NCBI GenBank assembly: GCA_045645205.1
Contig: JAZRIJ010000083.1
Location: 1,343-65,342 of the forward strand
DNA: 64,000 bases
Direction of reading: 5' to 3'
Source: Eubacteriales bacterium
GTDB lineage: Bacteria; Bacillota; Clostridia; Oscillospirales; CAG-272
Notes under the pieces: model-generated
What the model saw: only the letters and a program-made list of their open reading frames with translations
What the model was told of the DNA's origin: nothing
Databases searched by the model: none
Shown here: piece after piece, positions 58,145 to 64,000 of the stretch
Position numbering within the stretch: position 1 is the first letter of the stretch
Layout: each line of letters begins with the position of its first letter
Program-made: the position numbers and the translations under genes

Positions 58145-59094
58145 AGACGTATTTTTACACCGCTTTCAAATATTTTTTTAAACGTAACATCATTTTTGGT
58201 TATAGCCAAGCCTCTTTCAATCAAAAGCTTGAGACAGCTTTGGTCTGACTGCTTTTTTTCATCGGAATAGTTTTCCTTATATAACTTAATTTCATCAATG
58301 TATCCGCTGTCGGCGGCATATTTCCAAAAGATACTGCCGTACTGGATATTATCATAGCACCAGGGTTTTGAGAACAGATTATAATGTATAAGCTTTATGT
58401 CGTCTCGAATAGGCAGTCTGTCATTTGGCATAATATCCCATACATCGGGAAGATAGTATATATTTTCGGCGCAGATAGCGTTTAAATAATCTTGGTCGGG
58501 GGCAATGCAGTCAAAATGATATGTGTTAAGAAGGTTTAGAAACTGTTTTTCAATCTGCTTCTCGCGTAAAAGCTTAAGGTTCATAAGCAGAACGCCCGAA
58601 TTTATGTACTTATAACGGTCAACACCTACGGCATCCTCCATATATGATGCAAGCTCGGGAACGTCAACGACTGAGGCATCCTGACAAGCACCTATGTAGT
58701 TGTTTCCAATATCAATATCGTAAAGCTCTGCCAAATCTCCCGTGAGAACAACGTCGCTGTCAATGTAGATTCCCTTGTTATATTCGGGGAACATCAGAGG
58801 GATAAAGAGCCTGAAGTAAATAGTAAGTGTAAAGTAGTCGCAACGGAGGCGGTTGGACATTCTGTCGGTTATTTCTTCCAGTTCATTTGACATGGGAACA
58901 AACATTATTTTAAAATTTTCGGTTTCAAGTGCAGATATTTTTTGCTTGTTTTCTTCCGAAAGCTCTTGAATCAGGATTATAGCCTTGTATTCCCTGTTTT
59001 TTGAGGCGTTTTTTATAGCTGAATTTAATGCTGTTGCAAGATAAGGGGCATAGTTGTCGTCAATTGAAAAGAATATTGGTATTATGTTGTTCAT
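58141..59094 (-). CDS. glycosyltransferase family 8 protein
   Basis: IPIFFSIDDNYAPYLATALNSA, a DSD motif (IYIDSDVV) and an HYN..KPW C-terminal motif typical of GT8. Confidence 0.8.
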   Translation of the reverse strand: MNNIIPIFFSIDDNYAPYLATALNSAIKNASKNREYKAIILIQELSEENKQKISALETENFKIMFVPMSNELEEITDRMSNRLRCDYFTLTIYFRLFIPLMFPEYNKGIYIDSDVVLTGDLAELYDIDIGNNYIGACQDASVVDVPELASYMEDAVGVDRYKYINSGVLLMNLKLLREKQIEKQFLNLLNTYHFDCIAPDQDYLNAICAENIYYLPDVWDIMPNDRLPIRDDIKLIHYNLFSKPWCYDNIQYGSIFWKYAADSGYIDEIKLYKENYSDEKKQSDQSCLKLLIERGLAITKNDVTFKKIFESGVKIRL

Positions 59095-59129
59095 TTTTTA
59101 TCTCCTTTAAAATAATTTATTTTATGTTA

Positions 59130-59981
59130 TCAGTTTTGTAAGAATAAATTTTTAAACATTTTGCACTCATTTGTTAGATCATCGTAACGATGTGTTTTCA
59201 TAATACTATGCATCCTATCTGTTTGCCATGGCTTGACTGTAACCGCTTTAAATAGGGGAAAAAATTTAAAAAATGTGGAAAAATGCCGCAAAACTGTGTT
59301 TTTGTTTTCAAATTTTTGCTCGTTGTATTTTTGGGGAAGTAACAGCTTATGCCTTGACAGCTTGTTGATGGCTGATTGATCAGGCATCAACATTTTTTTC
59401 TCTGCACAAAGCTTTTGGCATTTGGTAAAAAGTCCGGTCATTTTTATTTTTTTCATATTAAGAAGCAAAACACCCGAGTTTATATAGTCAAATTTTAAAA
59501 AATTGTTTCTGAAAAACCACTTTCCGTATCGATCAAGAACTCCTCCCAACTCATAGTTTTCAATATTTGTACCATATAATTCTTCTATGTCTTTTAAACA
59601 TACAATGTCATAATCAAGATACAGGATTTTGTCGGGTAAAATCTCAATTTTGTCTGCAAAAAGTCTTAACATACACATAGGTGTAAAGCGTGTTTCCAGA
59701 TTGGCTGTTACAGGGTTTTTTATAAACATTGCTGACACGTCGATCAGGGTAACAGAGTTATTGGTGTTATATGTTTTTGCGTATTTTTCAAGGGCTAATG
59801 CTGTGTTGTTATCTAAGGGCAGATACTTTTTTCCTTGCCATTCACAGCCCGCTGTCATAACATATATGTGAAGCTCTGTTTTTGTGTTTTGTAAAAGTGA
59901 TATGACGGACATTATAAGTCCGTCGGAAATATTTTTATCTCCGTAGTATAAAATATTTATGGCAGTATTGCCTCCTCTCAA
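59130..59981 (-). CDS. glycosyltransferase family 8 protein (start codon uncertain)
   Basis: INILYYGDKNISDGL.., LYLDYDIV (DxD) and RHFS..KPW. The track start is a TTG at 59981 immediately followed by GAGAGGAGG, so the real initiation site is unclear. Confidence 0.7.
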   Translation of the reverse strand: MRGGNTAINILYYGDKNISDGLIMSVISLLQNTKTELHIYVMTAGCEWQGKKYLPLDNNTALALEKYAKTYNTNNSVTLIDVSAMFIKNPVTANLETRFTPMCMLRLFADKIEILPDKILYLDYDIVCLKDIEELYGTNIENYELGGVLDRYGKWFFRNNFLKFDYINSGVLLLNMKKIKMTGLFTKCQKLCAEKKMLMPDQSAINKLSRHKLLLPQKYNEQKFENKNTVLRHFSTFFKFFPLFKAVTVKPWQTDRMHSIMKTHRYDDLTNECKMFKNLFLQN

Positions 59982-60227
59982 AAATGTGTTTGCAAAATTC
60001 GGAAAACTATGGCACTATTATATTTTTTGTGCAACAGAAAAACAACCCACTTGTGAGATAAACCGCTATACTGTTTGTTTTTGGTTTTGTAGAGTGGTAG
60101 AACGGCAACTCTACTACTAAGAGAGAACGGCTTATCTGGCTGACTTTTTGACTTGATTTTTTGTTTTATATGTGATATAATAAATTTAATAGTTAAATAT
60201 ACCGTTATAGAAAAGGGGACTGTATTT

Positions 60228-60827
60228 GTGGAAGAAATGAAGCGTGTTATTGCGAAGAACATAGCCGAGCTTCGCCAATCGAAAGGGATAACACAACTGG
60301 AAGTAGCGGAAAAACTGAATTATTCCGACAAAGCAGTGTCCAAATGGGAGAGGGCGGAGTCTGTTCCCGATATATTTGTTTTGAAACAGATAGCCGATCT
60401 GTTCGGCGTTACATTAGACTATCTCGTGAGCGAAGAACATAAAACGGTAATTTTGGGAACACCCGAAGAGGAGACAAAAAAGAAACGCAAGCAGATTGAC
60501 ATAATGAGTCTTTCCGTTGCGTTGGTGTGGCTTATAGCTACATTGGTTTTCGTTATACTTGATATTACGACAAATATAAGACTGAGTCATTACCTTTGCT
60601 TTGTATATGCAGTTCCTGTATCGGCGATCGTGTGGCTCGTGTTTAACTCTGTATGGTTTAACCGCAGAACGAACTACATAATTATATCCATTCTGATGTG
60701 GTCAGTGCTGTTGTCATTTTTGGCATCATTTCGGACTTTTGGGATAGACATAAAAATGCTGTTGTTGCTCGGTGTGCCGGGACAGATAATAATTTTTATG
60801 TGGTCAATGCTGGGCAGAAGAAAGTAA
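60228..60827 (+). CDS. membrane-anchored XRE-family HTH regulator
   Basis: HTH region IAELRQSKGITQLEVAEKLNYSDKAVSKWERAES followed by four hydrophobic segments. The start is proposed at the GTG at 60228, 8 nt after AAAGGGGA. An ATG at 60237 is the alternative. Confidence 0.7.
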   Translation: MEEMKRVIAKNIAELRQSKGITQLEVAEKLNYSDKAVSKWERAESVPDIFVLKQIADLFGVTLDYLVSEEHKTVILGTPEEETKKKRKQIDIMSLSVALVWLIATLVFVILDITTNIRLSHYLCFVYAVPVSAIVWLVFNSVWFNRRTNYIIISILMWSVLLSFLASFRTFGIDIKMLLLLGVPGQIIIFMWSMLGRRK

Positions 60828-60907
60828 AAATTAAATAATTTATATACATATATCAGAGCGAATGTAACGTTAGAGGCTCCCATTGTGTCAACAATGGGAG
60901 CCTTTAT

Positions 60908-63283
60908 CTATATCTCCTTTACCCTTATTATTCCTATGCTTACATCATCGCTTCTTGTACAGTTATCAATGGCATTATACAGTATTTTGTCTGCCATTTT
61001 TTGTAGGTCATTTTCCCATGAATAAGTTAGGATGTTGCTGACTCTGACTGTATCTTCCGACGATTGCCCCACACCGTCACTTACCATTACGATAACATCC
61101 CCGTCTTCCAGCTCAAATTTAACCTCCTCTGCGTTTATTTCTTTTGTTATACCTACAGGCATAGTATTTGAAGCAATTCTGAATAGCTTGTCCCCCCGTA
61201 ATATATATGAAGCTACAGCTCCGCTTTTTATAAAGCTTGCATGACCGTTTAACAGATCAATTTCAAGTAGGTCAACCGTTGAAAAACATTCGGTATTTTT
61301 ACTTCTTATAAAGTTGTTCAGCATTTCCATAGCAACAGGCTTGCTGTTACCGGCTGTCAGCATTTTTTTAAGGAACACACCGCACAGCCGTGAGGTAAGT
61401 GCCGCCTCTCTGCCGCTGCCCATACCGTCGCTTATGAGAGAATAAAAATAGTCGTTGTTGTTTTCAAACATACAAACAAGGTCGCCGCAAAAGTGCTCGT
61501 TTTTCTTTGTGTTTGATGCGGCTGCGTATTCAACACCAAATTTTCTTGCCGAGTCAAGAGTCATTGTCACGTAGTCGCCCTCTACCTCAAATGAAGGCTG
61601 GGTCAGCTTTGCGCAACAAATATTTTCAAAACATTCCTTTATTTCGTTGGCGGGCATTTTCATACTGCCGAGGTCAACTCCACCCGCAACTATTGACAGC
61701 TTTCGTTTGCCGTAAACGCATATATTTCGCGCCGAAAATTTAATATGCTTTATTGCCTCGGTAAGCTTGGCTCTTGTATCCTCGTCGGGCAGATATTCTC
61801 CGCAGTTTGCCATGACTGCCGCAGACAGCAGGTGCGCCATTGACTCGTAATCCATAGCAAAGATCTCGGTCTTGTTTTGGCTTATCATTTTTTCAAGCAG
61901 GCTTGCGTGTTCTTCGTTTATTTTTTCAAGTATTCTGTCCATATGGCGACAACGCTGAATCATATAGCTATCAACCGCATTGTTTTCAACGTAGCCTTTA
62001 TCACAAAGCTCTTTTGCAATTTTTAAAAACACATCTTGTGTGGAAGAAAACTCTTTTTCCCAACAAATGCTTTTGAAAAAGCACTTAGGGCAATATGAGT
62101 CGCAAACCTTGTCGCATATTTGCCGTGTATCTATTATTCCCGGTCTTCTTGTTCTGTCGCTTAATGTATAAAATACTTCGGATAGCTCAGAAAATGCTTC
62201 GGAGAGATTATTAAACTTTTTTTCTGTATCTCTCTGTCGTTTTTCTGCAAGCATAGCTGTTATATCGGCACTATCGGTATTTTCTGTGTATATATTGTAA
62301 AGCTTAAGCTTTGGAAGCCAACCGAAATTTGCAAAGGGGAAGAATATTAGACATGTGCAGAAAAACTCGGGAGCATAAAGTGTAAGGCTGTTCCATCCCT
62401 CGACATATATTGCGCATAATATGCTTAAAAAGCATGATACAGATAGAGCAGATGCTGTTCCTAATTTCCATAATGCGCCTGCAGTCATACCCATAAGAGC
62501 AAATACGGGAGACAACACAGGGTTGCACATAAAGCCGCAGGCAAGACCGTATATACCGCCCCGAAGAAATCCGGTTGTTTTCGACATGTAAAGGGTTATT
62601 ATTCCTGCTGCAAGCAGGCCTACAGAAAAACCCAAAATGTATATTTTTGACAGAGCGAGCGCCACAGAGCATATTACGGCTGTAAGACCTATTTCTTTTT
62701 TTATGCTGTATTTGTATTTTTCATCAATTAGATAATCATATAGCTTTATAAACATAGGGACTGTTATGATTTCAAAAATCCCTCCGAATATATCGTAGTA
62801 CAGAAAGCCAAATATTGCCGCGCGATACATGCTGATAAGGAGAGAGGCGCTGAAACCCTCTATAAGTCTGTACTTCACACTTTCCCCAAACAGTGCAAAT
62901 TTTTTATTTTTCATACCAAAACTGCGGTATACTAATATTCTTGCTATATAAAGTGCCGTATATATAAGAAACAGGGAAAGGGCTAACCCTGTTTTTTCTG
63001 TTGCTGCTGATACGGCAAGACCTATGTAAATAAAACTGACATATTTTCTTGATGCTGACAGATATGCTGTTCCCAGCGGTATTGCCGAATATGCAATCGC
63101 CATTGTTCCAAAGAGATACCCCAATACTCCGTTCAGAAATACAGAGCCAAGCATCTTTAACAGTTCGGGGAGTCTTTGAAATATCTCATCCCTTGTTTTT
63201 GGCAGTTCTCCTATATACATCCCTATGTATTCGTCTAAAAACTGTTTTGCCGATTTTTTTATATCAGTTTTTTTGCTGTCCAT
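60908..63283 (-). CDS. spoIIE: stage II sporulation protein E (PP2C phosphatase with polytopic membrane domain)
   Basis: 791 aa. About 10 N-terminal TM segments, a central regulatory region and a C-terminal PP2C domain (ISDGMGSG, VMVSDGV). Confidence 0.9.
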   Translation of the reverse strand: MDSKKTDIKKSAKQFLDEYIGMYIGELPKTRDEIFQRLPELLKMLGSVFLNGVLGYLFGTMAIAYSAIPLGTAYLSASRKYVSFIYIGLAVSAATEKTGLALSLFLIYTALYIARILVYRSFGMKNKKFALFGESVKYRLIEGFSASLLISMYRAAIFGFLYYDIFGGIFEIITVPMFIKLYDYLIDEKYKYSIKKEIGLTAVICSVALALSKIYILGFSVGLLAAGIITLYMSKTTGFLRGGIYGLACGFMCNPVLSPVFALMGMTAGALWKLGTASALSVSCFLSILCAIYVEGWNSLTLYAPEFFCTCLIFFPFANFGWLPKLKLYNIYTENTDSADITAMLAEKRQRDTEKKFNNLSEAFSELSEVFYTLSDRTRRPGIIDTRQICDKVCDSYCPKCFFKSICWEKEFSSTQDVFLKIAKELCDKGYVENNAVDSYMIQRCRHMDRILEKINEEHASLLEKMISQNKTEIFAMDYESMAHLLSAAVMANCGEYLPDEDTRAKLTEAIKHIKFSARNICVYGKRKLSIVAGGVDLGSMKMPANEIKECFENICCAKLTQPSFEVEGDYVTMTLDSARKFGVEYAAASNTKKNEHFCGDLVCMFENNNDYFYSLISDGMGSGREAALTSRLCGVFLKKMLTAGNSKPVAMEMLNNFIRSKNTECFSTVDLLEIDLLNGHASFIKSGAVASYILRGDKLFRIASNTMPVGITKEINAEEVKFELEDGDVIVMVSDGVGQSSEDTVRVSNILTYSWENDLQKMADKILYNAIDNCTRSDDVSIGIIRVKEI

Positions 63284-63649
63284 TTTAAACCTCCGTGTTT
63301 TTTTGCTTATTTACTGTAAAAGCATTTTACAACAGAGTTAAAAAAATCTTTGTCGGCATATGTAAAGCGTATAATATTTTATTTTGACGGAGAAGATATA
63401 AAAAAAGATTATTTAATTATTTCCCGAATATTTTGTGTTGCATTTGGAATTATATAGCTTTGTTAAGTCAGAATTTGGTGTACGTTTATTTGATTGGCAC
63501 AACTTCTGTATATGTAATACTATGATAATGGAAGGCTAAAAACTTTATATTACGGCCTTTGCAATAATTTTATGTTTTTCTTAAAAATGTTGATTAAAAA
63601 ACAGGATGATGCGGCAAAAATAATTTTGAACAGAGAAGTAATCAAAAAA

Positions 63650-64000
63650 ATGGAGAGTGAATTGATTTTGACGGTAAAACGAGGAGATATTTATTATGCG
63701 GATTTAAGTCCCGTTGTGGGAAGTGAGCAGGGAGGACTGCGGCCTGTTCTTATTATACAAAATGACGTAGGAAATAAGTACAGCCCAACTGTTATTGCGG
63801 CGGCAATAACGAGTAAGTTAGGGAAGTCAAAAATGCCCACTCACATAGATGTATATGCGGATAAATTCGGGCTTGCAAAGGATTCCGTTATATTGCTCGA
63901 GCAAATACGTACAATAGATAAAAAAAGACTGAAGGAAAAAATGGGACATCTTGATACAAGTGTAATGCAACAAGTAAATGATGCATTATCTGTATCATTT
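63650..64000 (+). CDS. mazF: MazF/EndoA-type endoribonuclease toxin (partial, runs off the window)
   Basis: [46 protein letters not shown] is near-identical in pattern to B. subtilis EndoA. The start is uncertain: ATG 63650, in-frame ATG 63587, or a TTG near 63662. Confidence 0.85.
   Translation, partial: MESELILTVKRGDIYYADLSPVVGSEQGGLRPVLIIQNDVGNKYSPTVIAAAITSKLGKSKMPTHIDVYADKFGLAKDSVILLEQIRTIDKKRLKEKMGHLDTSVMQQVNDALSVSF

Noticed and set aside
59274-59282. An isolated exact DnaA 9-mer (TGTGGAAAA) inside the GT8 gene, and a one-mismatch copy at 52440-52448.
   Set aside because: Single occurrences are expected by chance at roughly this frequency, and there is no clustering.
63351-63391. Spo0A-box-like heptamers upstream of spoIIE (TGTCGGC at 63351, TGACGGA at 63385).
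   Set aside because: They match the TGNCGAA consensus at only 5/7 and 6/7 positions. Such matches are common in AT-rich spacers, so this is not enough to call.

Overview
This window is the chromosomal replication-origin region of a low-GC, endospore-forming Firmicute, probably a Clostridia-type organism (spoVS, spoIIE and remB are present). The core, about 16.2-32.1 kb, has the classic origin synteny: tyrS, gyrA, gyrB, remB, recF, dnaN and dnaA on the minus strand, then rpmH, rnpA, yidD, yidC and jag on the plus strand. An oriC lies in the dnaA-dnaN spacer, with an AT-rich tract, seven DnaA-trio-like TAG/TAA repeats and DnaA boxes of the local type TTTTCCACA.

The flanks are mostly housekeeping genes:
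- tsaD and rimI
- a DnaD-domain protein and a DnaI/DnaC-type loader
- two Rex paralogs
- an EF-G paralog, thiI, fba, ackA, tmcAL and mnmE
- gnd, rny, ymdB, spoVS and spoIIE

There are also small accessory pieces: a Y1 (IS200/RayT-like) transposase-like gene, a HEPN/MNT pair, a partial mazF and a gene remnant. I saw no rRNA, tRNA, CRISPR array or prophage.

Observations most worth follow-up:
1. Two tandem, promoter-plus-terminator-delimited structured small RNA genes downstream of spoVS. Their closing stems covary, and I cannot assign a family.
2. A second cluster of five exact DnaA boxes 24 kb from oriC, in front of an operon for a Rex-like protein with a destroyed Rossmann glycine motif, a DnaD-domain protein and a helicase loader.
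3. Most genes outside the 16-kb origin core are head-on to forks leaving the predicted oriC.
4. A GT8-GT8-double-acyltransferase operon with a divergent membrane-anchored XRE regulator.
5. A LarA-like, PHP, gnd and PfkB-kinase operon.

All calls come from reading the sequence and the ORF translations. No database search was run.
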